Below, piece after piece: positions 22,644-33,583 of a stretch of DNA of 64,000 bases (position 1 is the first letter of the stretch; the number at the start of each line of letters is the position of its first letter). The DNA is from an uncultured Verrucomicrobiae bacterium. Lineage in GTDB: Bacteria > Verrucomicrobiota > Verrucomicrobiia > Palsa-1439. The notes under the pieces were generated by a model. The model worked only from the letters and a program-made list of their open reading frames with translations. It searched no databases and was not told the DNA's origin. The translations under genes and the position numbers were made by a program. Location of the stretch: contig CAWEWF010000008.1 in the NCBI GenBank assembly GCA_963812605.1, positions 64,001 to 128,000 on the forward strand, given 5' to 3'.

Positions 22644-25317
22644 CTACGAACCAGGCACCTCAGCAAAAGCCAGAATGTTGGTGCCGGTGTCGGTGGTAAA
22701 AATAAAAGTACCCGCTTGGTCCCCGGTGAACTTCTGGCTCTTGATCTTCAGTGTGACCGACTTGCCCGCCTTCAGCACTTTCACCGCCTTCGCCACAGGA
22801 GGCAGACCCGAGTTCGGATCGAAACTGCTGCCTTGCTCCAACCACAACAGAACTTCAGACCTTCCGCTGTCCATCGCGCCGCCATTGTCAACGGCCAGAT
22901 TGAACGCGACGGTGCAAGTGGTGTTGGTCGTCTCTGTCTTCTTATCGAACTTCATCTTGCAAGTCTGCCTCACATCGCCAATGGTAACACTCACTGGACT
23001 GGATTCTGCCTGATCAATCATGAACGTTTGTCCGCTTACGATGATTGTGCCCGTGCGCGCGCTGGCATTGGTGTTGCCGTCAACCCCGTAGTCAATCGTC
23101 CCGTTTCCAGAACCGCTGCCGCCGGAGGCAATGGTGATCCAATCAGCAGTTGTAGCAGCCGTCCACGTGCAGCCGGCGCCAGCAATCAGATTGACGCTAC
23201 CAGCCGTCGCCGTCGCGCCTATCCGGACCGTACTGGCCGAGAACGCGTACGAGCATCCCGTCATAGGTATGCTCACAGCCACACTCACCACCGCCGACGT
23301 GGCGACATTGTTGGACACATCGTAGGCCAGAGCGGTCCACTGATGCATGCCGTTGTCCGAATCGCTGAACGTCCAATCATAAACGTACGGCGGCGCCGAA
23401 GCCGTTCCCACCAGCGCGCCGTCTTCATCGAACTCGACCTGGTTCACCGCCGCGCTGTCCTGTACCGTGGCCGCGATGGTGACGGTTTGCGCGTTCGTAT
23501 AAATCGTTCCGCCGGTGGGACTGGTAATCGTTACGGACGGGGTTATGTGACTCAGCCCGAGCGTGCTTGCCAAGTTGAGCCGGCCGCCAGTGGCTACCGT
23601 GCCACTCAGACCGGCAATCAGGGTCGATGTTCTGCAAAATGCGTTGGACCCGTTGCGATGAGGTTTCCGACGGATAGATCGCGGCGTCAAACGCCACCGC
23701 GCCAGTTACGTGCGGCGTCGCCATCGAGGTTCCATCGAGATATTCGTATATTTGTGTCGGATCGAACTGGTTGACCACCGTGGCGGTCGTTGGCAAGGCC
23801 GCTAATAGCGTCTGGCCGTCGGCTTGCGACAAGGAAACCGCGGGAATCCAGGAACTGGCTGTAATCAGCGTGCCAGTGAAGTTGCCGGACACGTTATTGT
23901 AAATGATCGCCGCCCTGGCTCCGGCCGCGATCGCGTTGGCCACTTTGTTGGAGAACGTCAGCGTGCCACGCTGGATCAATGCGATGTTGCCATTGACCGC
24001 CGCGGGGAAATCGGACGGGTTTCCCAGCCCGCAGCTATAAACGGTCGCGGTGATGCCGGTGGTCGTGCCCGCGTAGGTCAACCCGTTGTCGAAATAAGTA
24101 TTGCTCGCTTGGTTCACCACCCCGGTGGTGACCGAAAACCAGGTCGGTATGGTTGACAGGATATTCACCCCCGGTGAACCCAAGTCCACGGTCCCGACGC
24201 CGTAATTCGAGAAGCTGGCCAAAGCATCATTTTGGTCCGTGGCAGCCACCACAATCATGTTAGGCAATCGGTAACTGGCCGGATAGGTTGGCGTCGTGTC
24301 ATTGTCAGCACTGTCATTACCGGCGGCGGTGCAAAACACGATGCCCGCATCCCCAGCCGCTTGGATCGCATCGCTTTCCGTCGTGCTGGAACCTCCGCCG
24401 CCAAACGACGCGTTAATCGCCGCAATGTTCACTCCCCCATTTTTCATCATCGTCGCGTACTGGATGGCTTCGATGACCGCCGAGTCGGCAAACGACGAGC
24501 CGTCGGCGGAGGCTTTCAGCGCCATCAGTTTGGCCTGGTAAGCGACGCCAATAATGCCTACAGCGTTGTTGCCCGTCGCCGCAATGGTGCCGGATACGTG
24601 CGTGCCGTGATAGCCCGAATCAATCGGGTCACCCACTTGGTCGGCAAAATCGTAGCCGTAATAGTCGCCCACGTAACTATCGCCCGCGATTCCACCAGGG
24701 TTGCGCCACATGTTGCTGACCAGGTCGGGATGCGTGTAATCAATCCCTGTGTCGATCACCGCCACGACCACGCCCGTGCTGGAAGAAAATCCCACGAGGT
24801 TCCAAGCGGCGACAAAGTCGATATCGGCGCCGGCTGTGCCGTTCGTGCCGTTGATGGCCTGCCCTGTATTCTGCAGGGCCCACAACTGCGGGAAGTCCGG
24901 GTCGTTAGGCAAAGCGAACGTCCAGCGAAAATAATTTGGCTCGACCGTCTCGATCATCGAATCCCGCTTTAGCTCATCAATCAGCGCCGCCGTTGTTCGG
25001 TCCTTGGCGCGGACCAATCCCGAATCCCGGTGAATGTGTTCGGAAAGCCAGTCAAAATGCCGTGCCCACGCCAACCCATGCGCTCCGAGAACTGCTTTCG
25101 TCGTCGCAAAATCGACGGAGTCCTTGAACCTCACGAGGACTTCGCCTTCAACGTATGCCGTGGCCGGGTGCGAAGCATCGGCCTCGCCAGTAAGCCCGAC
25201 CAATGACAGCGCCAGGACCGCGCCAACGATAAGGTGCAGGGGGTGCCCAGCATTCAAAAGCCAATGGCCCGGGCGATCGTTGCATCGCTTCTCTTGATTG
25301 TAATTCCCTAAAACCAT
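22644..25317 (-). CDS. Secreted subtilisin-like S8 peptidase with PA, Ig-like and BACON-like domains and a basic C-terminal beta domain; frameshift near 23620
   Basis: Triad VAVIDTG / HGTHVSG / GTSMATPHV; AAGND; IALIQRG..F..K PA motif; CTWTA...WITI BACON motif. Confidence 0.9.
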
Positions 25318-25454
25318 AACTGCCTCGCCAACAGCCGCTGCAATCCAGAAGGTGTTGGGTATCGCGAAGTTTCAACGTGACCAAGGAACTCGCCCTGGGT
25401 GATTTTCCTTGCGCACGCGCTCCTGGCGAGGTGCTACCCATCGCTCGCAAATCA

Positions 25455-25483
25455 ATGTTATTCTACGTGTCGGGCCTTGTCAA
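25455..25483 (-). promoter_or_regulatory. sigma70-type promoter of the S8 peptidase gene
   Basis: TTGACA-17 nt-TAACAT on the minus strand. Confidence 0.5.
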
Positions 25484-25790
25484 CGAAGACCTACTGCGCA
25501 GAGCGTGGGTCGGTTGCCATGATCGCTTTCTGCTGCGTTAGGAGGTCTCAGCGGCGTTCCCGATGGATTCGGGTTTCAGATTATCACCGAGCGAACAGCC
25601 CGGTTGACAATCACCACTCTCACTGTGACTGGCTTCTATCCGCTAGCGGGTTGACAATATGCCAGGCAACCGTAATGGCAATGATAAAGTGGATAATGTC
25701 CGCAGCAGCTCAAATGAATGGGGTTAACAGTTGGGAGCCACGTGAACGCAATGTGGGGCATCATGCCGCCCGCCACGGAAGATTGAGTCG

Positions 25791-26135
25791 CTAAAAGGTC
25801 TCCCCGTTCCAGCCCCACATGCTCGGCTTGATGTCGGCGAAATTGATGTAAACCCTGTCCTTGCGGATTCCGGTTTGCGATTCCACCAACCCGCAGAGTA
25901 GTTGTGACAACTTGCCGGTCTTCGATTCCGGCAATTCGATGCCACGCAACTCAAGGAAGGCGCACAGCTCTTCCGTGCCCGCGAACTGCATCTGCACGGG
26001 GGATTCGACGGACACCATCACGTACTGCTCGGGCTTGCCGAGTTCAAGGGCAACCATCTTGGATGCGGTCTTCAACAGGTTGTGCTTCCGTTCGGCATCG
26101 AGGGTCTTGCTGGTTGTGATTTTCAAGTATGGCAT
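25791..26135 (-). CDS. MIF/phenylpyruvate tautomerase family protein
   Basis: N-terminal Met-Pro (catalytic Pro1), LGKPEQYVMV, RVYINF, WGWNGETF; 114 aa. Confidence 0.9.
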   Translation of the reverse strand: MPYLKITTSKTLDAERKHNLLKTASKMVALELGKPEQYVMVSVESPVQMQFAGTEELCAFLELRGIELPESKTGKLSQLLCGLVESQTGIRKDRVYINFADIKPSMWGWNGETF

Positions 26136-26182
26136 GGTCGCTCCTTCTTGCTGTTATGCTGCGATCCTACTCTTTACCGTAT

Positions 26183-27133
26183 CTACAGATCGAGCAGCTC
26201 GGGATACCCCTTGATACACCATTGCCGGAACAAGTCCACATCCTCATCGGTCGCGGATCGGTACGGCGCACGGTTGTGCAGGCTGGTTCGCAGAAAGCCA
26301 GTTGCCCGTGCTCCCATCCGAGCGTACGCTGTGTCGCTGAACCCCTTGGTTCCAAACTCCCCATCGAGAAACTTCAACAGGGAGCGAATCCGTCCGCGTG
26401 CGATTCCTAGCGTCACCCAATCTTTGTTCTGCAGACTTTTCCAGAGTCCGAGGATCAGGCGCGGGTTCCAGCACACCATCATGCTGCAACTTCCCACGGC
26501 ACCCCTGGGTCCGAGCGCCGACCACAGTTCCTCGTGGACCAGGACATTGACGAACCGCGCCAAAGTTTGACAGCCGGCCGGCGTGGCTCCCACTGTGTCG
26601 TTCGTGGCATGGACCGCCGCGTAGGAGGGGACCGCATCCTTGATCTCCTGGTGCTGGCGAACCGTCAGTAGTTTTTTCGCCCGCAGTGTCTCCTCGAACA
26701 CGATCGGCAAGCCGTCGGCCACCGCAGCCACCTCTTGGAAGAAGGGCACGATCTGATCATCACCCACCTCCAGCCAGAATGGCAGAGCCACCATGATCAC
26801 CGCCGCGCCCAATTCCACCGCCCTTTCAACACGATGGACCACCCCCCGTGTATGCGTCGCCGTACAACCGATCATGACCGGTTTGCCGTGGGCATCGCAC
26901 TCTTCAATGGTGGCACGGGTCACGGCACGGAACTCATCCTGCTCGAGTGCATAAAATTCCCCCGTTGTTCCTCCCATGCAGATCCCAGGGACGCCCGCCA
27001 CGCAACACTTCGTCACGTCGGCGCGATAGGTCGTCTCATCAAAGCCATCGTCGGGCGACCAGGCAACCGGCAGAGCAGCCCATGGTCCGAACAGAGAATT
27101 CCTTGAGGACTCCGGTCGGCGAGGGATGTTCAT
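26183..27133 (-). CDS. DapA/DHDPS-family TIM-barrel protein with apparently substituted catalytic residues
   Basis: GTTGEFYAL, VMIGC and GA..IMVALPFW motifs; expected Schiff-base Lys position reads AAVHA. Confidence 0.8.
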   Translation of the reverse strand: MNIPRRPESSRNSLFGPWAALPVAWSPDDGFDETTYRADVTKCCVAGVPGICMGGTTGEFYALEQDEFRAVTRATIEECDAHGKPVMIGCTATHTRGVVHRVERAVELGAAVIMVALPFWLEVGDDQIVPFFQEVAAVADGLPIVFEETLRAKKLLTVRQHQEIKDAVPSYAAVHATNDTVGATPAGCQTLARFVNVLVHEELWSALGPRGAVGSCSMMVCWNPRLILGLWKSLQNKDWVTLGIARGRIRSLLKFLDGEFGTKGFSDTAYARMGARATGFLRTSLHNRAPYRSATDEDVDLFRQWCIKGYPELLDL

Positions 27134-27179
27134 GGATGCTGTTCCGAATATTCAGGCAGTCCAACTGAGATTTTTATCA

Positions 27180-28037
27180 TCAAGCCCACAAGGGTTCAGC
27201 CGCCTGCGATTGGAGCATGGCCTGCATCTGGCCAGAAGAAGGAACCTGATCAAAACAACTGGCTGCCGCCAACACCTTGGGTAAAACGTGAATATCCCCG
27301 GGCGTATTGATAAAGGCACCCGAACGGCCCATCGCCCAATGGATGGCCAGATCCATCGAAGCCTGGTCCGTGAACGGTTCGTACCAAGTCGCAGCAAAAT
27401 GAGATTGATCGCGCCAGGGTCGGCGTTGGGCAGTTTTGATCAACTGCACAGCAACGTTCTTGGTTTGAGCCAAAGCGTATAAAGCCTCAAAATCAGCGGC
27501 GTAAGCTGGATTCTGCATCAACATGAAATTATAGGGCAGCAGTACCGAATCAAAATCGAACGTCTCCAGACTGCGCTTGTGAATTATCGGCGCATGCAAT
27601 GTATGGCTGGTAATGCCGACGTAGCGCACCAGTCCCTGTTGCCTGGCCTCCACCACTGCCGCCAACGCCCCGCCAGGCCCTAAGGCCAGTTCCCATTCAT
27701 CATCCTCAATCACCGCGTGGAGTTGGATTAGATCCAGATGGTCGGTCTGTAAGCGTTCCAGCGAGCGGTGGATGGATGCTTTCGCTTCTTGATAGGTACG
27801 ATCGCCCGTCTTAGAGGCGAGAAAAAACTCATTGCGGTGGCGTGCGATCCACGGTCCCAAGCGGAGTTCAGCATCGCCATAAGACGCTGCTGTATCAATA
27901 TGATTAACCCCATATTTGAATAACACTTCCATCGTCTGGTCAGCCTCTGCCTGGCTCACCTGCGAGAAAGCGGCTGCACCAAATAAAGTCCGGGTGCTCA
28001 AATGCCCAGTGCGACCAAAGGCCAGTTTTGGTATCAT
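27180..28037 (-). CDS. Aldo/keto reductase
   Basis: GVNHIDTAASYG.AE, SLERLQTDHLDLIQLH, VGITSH. Confidence 0.9.
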   Translation of the reverse strand: MIPKLAFGRTGHLSTRTLFGAAAFSQVSQAEADQTMEVLFKYGVNHIDTAASYGDAELRLGPWIARHRNEFFLASKTGDRTYQEAKASIHRSLERLQTDHLDLIQLHAVIEDDEWELALGPGGALAAVVEARQQGLVRYVGITSHTLHAPIIHKRSLETFDFDSVLLPYNFMLMQNPAYAADFEALYALAQTKNVAVQLIKTAQRRPWRDQSHFAATWYEPFTDQASMDLAIHWAMGRSGAFINTPGDIHVLPKVLAAASCFDQVPSSGQMQAMLQSQAAEPLWA

Positions 28038-28114
28038 ATATTTTTCCTGTTCTTCATTTCACAACCTCGACCCGAATCTTGTCCCTGTCACGAATAGATT
28101 TCAGCATGCGAGGA

Positions 28115-28987
28115 TCATGGTGTCCTTCCGAACTCCGGCACGGAGGCTGCCATTGGGTCTTGGTTCAGCAGCAACTCCAACGCCTGTTGCAGGGTCAGAT
28201 CATCCGGCATGCGGCGGAAATCGCTCGCCTTGGTCACTGAATCGACGCGGCTGTTGATCAGTAGCAATCGCCTGTTGGTGAAGTGTAATCCCAATGTTGT
28301 AAGCGCCCACTGGTCATGCCATACAACTTCTTGTTCCAGCAAGAAACTGCCTCCGCCAGCGATGTGGTCAAAGATGCCCCAACCGAAATCAATATCCCGA
28401 TGCAGCCTGGCTTCTATCCGCACAAGCCGTTGCGTCGTCGAATCGATCAGTGCCGTCCCATTCATCCCTTGCAATACCCGCAATTCTGTGGAACGCGGAT
28501 GAAAGTCCGGGTTGGGACGGAATGTCACCAAGGCGAATGCGCGACCGGCGCTGTTTGTTTCGGCACCCGCATACTGGTAGAGGAATGCATCCGGCAGCGC
28601 TTGGATCACCCGGCGGGCGCGGGCATCGTCGGCGTGTTTGTCGGTTTGGAGTTTCACCAAACGGGCGGGATTCGACAGTAGATCGCGCAAGCGTTCCTCT
28701 TCCCGTCGCCTCCGCGTTGGAGTAAGCGGCTGACCGTTCTTGAGAATCAGGCGGCTGACTACCCCGTCGCGGGTCTCGACCATGATCCGGGTCTCCGAAC
28801 CTTGCGGCGTCTCTTCATGGACCCGGTACATATACTGGTCGCCCGAGTTGTTCGCCGCCAGTTCGTGAGCCACCGTCTCCCGCACCAGCTCGGCTGCCGG
28901 AACACTCGGAGACGGTGTTTGTGCTGCCGCTTGAAACGCCAGCAGCAGTAACGGAGCAAATGCCCCCCTCGTGAATGAGATATTCAA
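28115..28987 (-). CDS. Secreted hypothetical beta-rich protein (start uncertain)
   Basis: Long ORF with signal-like LLLLAFQAAAQ; LPDAFLY, F.PNP.F.P and IDFGWGI segments look conserved. Confidence 0.6.
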   Translation of the reverse strand: MNISFTRGAFAPLLLLAFQAAAQTPSPSVPAAELVRETVAHELAANNSGDQYMYRVHEETPQGSETRIMVETRDGVVSRLILKNGQPLTPTRRRREEERLRDLLSNPARLVKLQTDKHADDARARRVIQALPDAFLYQYAGAETNSAGRAFALVTFRPNPDFHPRSTELRVLQGMNGTALIDSTTQRLVRIEARLHRDIDFGWGIFDHIAGGGSFLLEQEVVWHDQWALTTLGLHFTNRRLLLINSRVDSVTKASDFRRMPDDLTLQQALELLLNQDPMAASVPEFGRTP

Positions 28988-29104
28988 CGGCTGAAATGTT
29001 ATACCAGCCGCGACCCCAACATCCTCTCCCAAAATCAAAGGCGCAATCCATTGAGGCTCCGCCACCAGATAATAAGTGGCATGAGGCAGAAACAACTTGC
29101 TGGA

Positions 29105-29698
29105 ATGAAGCTCCACGCTATTCTTTGCAACATGAATACCCGCTTGTTATGGCTGGGATTGGCTTCGCTGTGCTTGCGTGGAGTGGCGGTCTTGCCGGCA
29201 CGGGCCGACACCAACGAGTTGGCGGTTGTCATCCAAGCGGACGGCACAGTGTCCCTGCCCGACGTGGCGGAAGTACCGGCGTACGGTTCGACTGGGAAAT
29301 GGACCGAGCTGCCGGGGAAATCGTCTGATCGGTATCTGTCGCGACACTTTATGTTCTTGATTCCGGATCATGCGCCAGCCTTGGAGCTGTATCTGGTGAG
29401 TGACCGGTCGGGGGAGAAGCCAGACGGCGCATTCGAGATGGGGTTGATCGGGGGCTACGTGAATGGCTTTGCTGGCAAGGCTGGGTTTACAGCCGACGAT
29501 CCGAAGTTTGAAAACTGCACGGTCGGCGCGACGAAGTTCAAGCGCTGTAAAGTGAAGCTGACCCACGACCAACGGACTCTTTGGGTTTATGGCTATATCT
29601 ACGTGAGGCAGCCGTCGCTGACATTTCTCTCCGTCCGCCCCGATCCGGATGCCCAAGCTGCCATCGAGCGTTATCTCGCCACTGTCCGTCTTCACTGA
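29105..29698 (+). CDS. Secreted hypothetical protein
   Basis: ORF with signal-like N-terminus ending PARA-DTN; no family recognised. Confidence 0.55.
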   Translation: MKLHAILCNMNTRLLWLGLASLCLRGVAVLPARADTNELAVVIQADGTVSLPDVAEVPAYGSTGKWTELPGKSSDRYLSRHFMFLIPDHAPALELYLVSDRSGEKPDGAFEMGLIGGYVNGFAGKAGFTADDPKFENCTVGATKFKRCKVKLTHDQRTLWVYGYIYVRQPSLTFLSVRPDPDAQAAIERYLATVRLH

Positions 29699-29829
29699 GC
29701 AAGTGGAAGTGCCACGAAGATGCACACCCGCACGGACGTAATGGCGCAAGCACTGGCCGGAAGGGTGGAAATCACAGCGATGCTGATTATGCTCACGGTG
29801 TTCAGTCTGGCGGGGAGCCTTCGCTTGTG

Positions 29830-31086
29830 TCATGGCAGTTGTCGGACCCGGTAGAAGCGCTGGCTCTGCGCACTGGCCGTCGGATCGATCACTATCACCG
29901 CCCCACCAGTCCCCGGTACGTTATTGGTCAACAATGTCCAATTTGGAGTGGCTAGGTCATGGGTCATCTCCGCGCGATAGAACTGCTTGGACACCGTCGT
30001 GAAACTGAGTTGCAAGGTCCCACCAACAAATCCGAGCGTGGTGACCTGCGGACGGATTGGCAGTACAATGTAATTGGTGTAGGAGCCTATCTGGGCCATC
30101 AAGCTGTCCGTCCCTCCGTAAGCGACACCGGCGTGGCTGAGGATCTCCTGCTCCGTGAATAGCGACACTTGAGTACCGTAGCCGAGCAATACCGCCTCGA
30201 GCGCCATGTTCGCGAAGAGACCCTGGATCGTCGTGTGTGGATGCGCCCCGTCCGCAACAAAGGCGGCAGTCCGGTTAGGACTGTTGGTGGGATTGGAATC
30301 CGATTGCTGCAGGTGAATGGCGACATTGCCGATGTAGAGCACGGATTGCAGGTTCGTATTCGAGCCGAAGATGACCTTCTGCAACCGGAAGGCATCGACC
30401 AGCGGCACCTGCCATTTTTGCGCAAGGTAGACCAGTCCGCTGTTCACCTGTCCGATCACGGCCGAGACCTGCTCGCGTTTGCTGCCATTCGTATAGAAGA
30501 AGTTGTTGTAGACGGCCGGAGTCTTGCCGTAGTCGAGGACATTGAATATCACCATGTCCACGCCGGTGGTCACGACGGTCGCCAGCGCGGTCTCGATGTT
30601 GGTAAGGGTCTGCGCTACATAATTGCTGATTTGCGCCGACGACCAGGAGCCATTGTAGACCGGGTTGTACGCTGAACTCGGGTAGGACAGGAAGTCGGGG
30701 TTGAAATCATTCGCGCCGATGGCTAGTACGGTGTGGGTGATGCCGAAGGGAACCACCTGCGCAGCCAGTCCGGTATCCTGTCCGTCAGAAAGAAGGTTTG
30801 CGGATGTGTCCCCAGATAACGCCCAGTTGAACTCGTAGCCCGTGCGCCGCGGACTGCCCCAGGTGCCGCCGGGCTGGCCCGCAGCCGCAGCGGTCGGACC
30901 GACATTTACGCCACGATACACAACCAATTGCTGCACCCAGTTCGTCGCGTAGCTTCCGTATGTTTCCTCGAAGTATTCATCGCTAAGGCTGTCTCCCATC
31001 ACCCCGAGTGCGCCGATCTGTGCATTAGCAGACGTGAGTGCGCCGAGCGCCAACACGAGGATTGCCAACAAGATCCGGCAGGTCAT
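29830..31086 (-). CDS. Secreted SGNH/GDSL hydrolase with C-terminal FYRVRQLP domain
   Basis: Signal peptide; GDSLSD block I, IGANDF block III, DGAHP block V. Confidence 0.85.
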   Translation of the reverse strand: MTCRILLAILVLALGALTSANAQIGALGVMGDSLSDEYFEETYGSYATNWVQQLVVYRGVNVGPTAAAAGQPGGTWGSPRRTGYEFNWALSGDTSANLLSDGQDTGLAAQVVPFGITHTVLAIGANDFNPDFLSYPSSAYNPVYNGSWSSAQISNYVAQTLTNIETALATVVTTGVDMVIFNVLDYGKTPAVYNNFFYTNGSKREQVSAVIGQVNSGLVYLAQKWQVPLVDAFRLQKVIFGSNTNLQSVLYIGNVAIHLQQSDSNPTNSPNRTAAFVADGAHPHTTIQGLFANMALEAVLLGYGTQVSLFTEQEILSHAGVAYGGTDSLMAQIGSYTNYIVLPIRPQVTTLGFVGGTLQLSFTTVSKQFYRAEMTHDLATPNWTLLTNNVPGTGGAVIVIDPTASAQSQRFYRVRQLP

Positions 31087-31224
31087 GGTCGCCACAGATG
31101 TCTCCAGAACCTCTCGCCTACGCCGCATGGGAGGATTTTACAGGAGACCCATCCCCGACGCAACGACGGCAATCTCACTGTTGCGTGTTACCGGCCCTTG
31201 GTGTCGCGATCAACCTTCGGTCGT

Positions 31225-31372
31225 CTGAGTCCTATCCGTAATGCAACTTCGGCTCCTCGCAAAGTTCCGGATGTCGTTCCTTGAGCTGTACCGGCTGCTC
31301 AAAGAGGTGTTCGGTCACCGCGACGAAAAACCCGGCGGGATTGGTCGCCCCGTACTTGCCGAGCAACGTCGC
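31225..31372 (-). pseudogene. C-terminal remnant of an MtfA/M90 zinc peptidase
   Basis: Translates LGKYGATNPAGFFVAVTEHLFEQPVQLKERHPEL, a degenerate YGATNPAEFFAV.TE.FFE.P..L...HPELY; ends in a premature TAG. Confidence 0.65.
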
Positions 31373-31373
31373 G

Positions 31374-31480
31374 CGGATGACGGCGAAGACCTACACTGAT
31401 GCAACTCGTCTGCCGACGGCTTCGGCGATCGATCTGTTGCCAAGCTTTGGCCCTGCAGGCTCACAACTGGGCTCACAAGA
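31374..31480 (+). pseudogene. C-terminal remnant of a tyrosine recombinase followed by arm-type repeats
   Basis: RMTAKTYTDATRLPTASAIDLLPSF (catalytic Tyr region), then GCTCACAA x2, upstream of a tRNA fragment. Confidence 0.6.
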
Positions 31481-31614
31481 TTTAGGCGCAGCCTGTCACG
31501 GCGGGTCATCGTCAGTCACAGCAAAGGAAGATGTGGACAGAGGCAAGGTGCTCACCGGCAATGCCTAGTGTCGCAATCTGTCATCAGCAGTCGCAATGGG
31601 TCACAGCCGGGGAA

Positions 31615-31700
31615 TGGCTGCCTCGCCAGGACTCGAACCTAGATGTTTTTCAATACCGGCTTGACCGGATTCGGCTCCGTCCCACAAATAGGCCCACAAG
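31615..31700 (-). mobile_element. att-like junction with tRNA-Gln-like 3' fragment
   Basis: Minus strand CTAGG-TTCGAGT-CCTGG-CGAGGCA-G-CCA at 31642-31615 (T arm plus acceptor strand only); CCCACAA x2 at 31681-31699. Confidence 0.75.
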
Positions 31701-31800
31701 AATTGGGCGCGGGGTGGCACAGTGATCCCCTCCCAAATTACGATTGATTCAGTGATTCCGCGCTATTTGCGCTCGCACAAGTTTTTACACAGTAGTGTCG

Positions 31801-31860
31801 GCCTAACCATGCGCTGCAGCGAACGGCGCTCCGCGCCATCGCTGAGCTTTCGCGTTAGTC
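31801..31860 (+). mobile_element. Isolated integron attC site
   Basis: GCCTAAC (R'') CATGC GCTGCAGCGA (L'') ... TCGCTGAGC (L') ... GTTAGTC (R'); central GGCGC/GCGCC hairpin. Confidence 0.72.
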
Positions 31861-31946
31861 ACCGGGGGCCAACTTGACACATGACATCCTCGAATTGGTC
31901 TTGCGGGCGACGCGTTCGGGCGCGAGAACCAGCCAGTGTGGCGCCC

Positions 31947-32974
31947 CTACTTTGCCGGTGATTGCTGCAGCAGCCGCAGGCCGGTCACCAGCGGCGGGAA
32001 GGCGGCGAGGTCGGCGGCTTTGGTACTCCATGTTGTGAATATGTGACCGATGATCTTCGGGTTGTCGTGTAGGGCCCGGCAATACTCGATCAATGCTTCT
32101 GTGGCGGCAACGTCTCCCAGCTCGCCGGCAATACGCGAAAACCTTTGCTCGTGAGATATGGAATCGACGGATAAGCGTCCTGCTTGCTGTAATGCCACGG
32201 ACATAGAATGATGTCCTTCGGGATGAGGTCGGCGGCGGGCGCAGTGCCGTTATGCGAGGCTTCCCATTCGCCGAGCTGGAGTTGCTTGCCGTCGATGAGG
32301 CGGTCGGCCCACATCAACATCTGCACGTGGCATTGCCGGGTCAGGTGCGCGTAGTATTCGTTGATGGCTTTAGCGAGAATCTGCGCGGGATCTTTGCCTT
32401 CGGTTGCCGGGGATTGTTTCGTGCCGAGCAGGAAAATCTCGTCCATGCCCACGTCCAGGGCGTCGGCCTGGAAGGCGTCGATGAGTTCGTCCATCAAGGG
32501 GAAGATGATCTTGTTGACGCGCGGGTCGAGCGGATTCCATTCCCGGCAATAGAGGTCTTTGTTGCCGGGGAACGCGCCGGGGGTGAGATCGAGTTCGGGA
32601 TACTTCGTGAGCAGGGGGTCGGTGTGCTCCTTCCACGATTGATGGCCGAGGCATTGAAATTCCGGGATGACACGGATGCCGTTCTTCCGGCACTTGGCCA
32701 CGAACTGCCGCGCGCCGGCTACGGTGATCGGCGTGGCGTTGGCGCGGAGCTCGGGGTGCGACTTGTACTCGAAGTTGTAGTCGACTTCGAAGATGATGAC
32801 GTTGATGCCCAGTTGGGCGAGCTGCGGGACTTGTTTGTCGAGCGTGACGAGATCGGCTTCGTGCCCGCAGAAGAGATGCACGGCGCGCCATTGATGATTG
32901 GATGTTTGGGCGGCAACAGACCAACAAAGCATGAAGGTCAACGTCACGCAAGCGATTGCACGAAGGTGGCGCAT
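31947..32974 (-). CDS. Secreted GH20-like glycoside hydrolase; frameshift near 32105
   Basis: VIPEFQCLGHQS, VGMDE, MWADRL, CPWHY motifs; signal peptide. Confidence 0.78.
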
Positions 32975-33053
32975 GCCGAAAGGATAACATACCGGGAGGG
33001 AACCTGTCACGTGGTCGTGGCGTGAGTCGCCAGCAACGATTCGAGTTGTGCGC

Positions 33054-33125
33054 GCGTACCTTCAGAAACCGTTCAGTCTACAAGACCTCGCCCAAAAAGT
33101 GAGGGACGCCATCAATGCCCTGTAG
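33054..33125 (+). pseudogene. C-terminal remnant of a receiver (REC) domain
   Basis: AYLQKPFSLQDLAQKVRDAINAL-stop with no upstream domain body. Confidence 0.65.
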
Positions 33126-33567
33126 TTCTAACTGCGGGGGCACAATCGCCTGCCCGATTAGACAGAGAAGGGATTTCGGAATGCCATTAGCGGTTGATAA
33201 CAACGGACAATCAAACGCGGTCGAGTCCGCCAGCAGCAACATAATCCATCATACCCTAGCGCGACGGGGGAACACCTCGAAGGGGCGGACCATGAGTCCA
33301 CCGCGGCTCCTCGGTCAAATCCCCCTTGGCCATCACTCCTCCTCCTTGTGGGAGGCAGCGTATCATAAGAAATCGGCATTTATGAGACGGCTTCTACACC
33401 GGCGACCTGACAGAAGTGCAATGGACACCTCTGTTCAAGTGTAAAGCTCACTGAAGACTCGTCCCGTCATTTTCCTTGCCTGTCTGGCGCTCGGGAATAC
33501 CACAACTACCCATCCCAGAATCATTTAGCGCCTGGCAATCAAGCAGCCAGCGAAGGTTCATATTGTG

Positions 33568-33583
33568 TGGCATAGAAGGCGCT
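33568..33583 (+). promoter_or_regulatory. Possible sigma54 promoter of the giant adhesin gene
   Basis: TGGCATAGAAGGCGCT (GG-N10-GC) about 170 nt upstream of ATG 33754. Confidence 0.35.

Noticed and set aside
32947-32960. CGCAAGCGATTGCA as another LacI operator
   Set aside because: It lies inside the signal-peptide coding region of the GH20-like gene, far from the locus; could be chance
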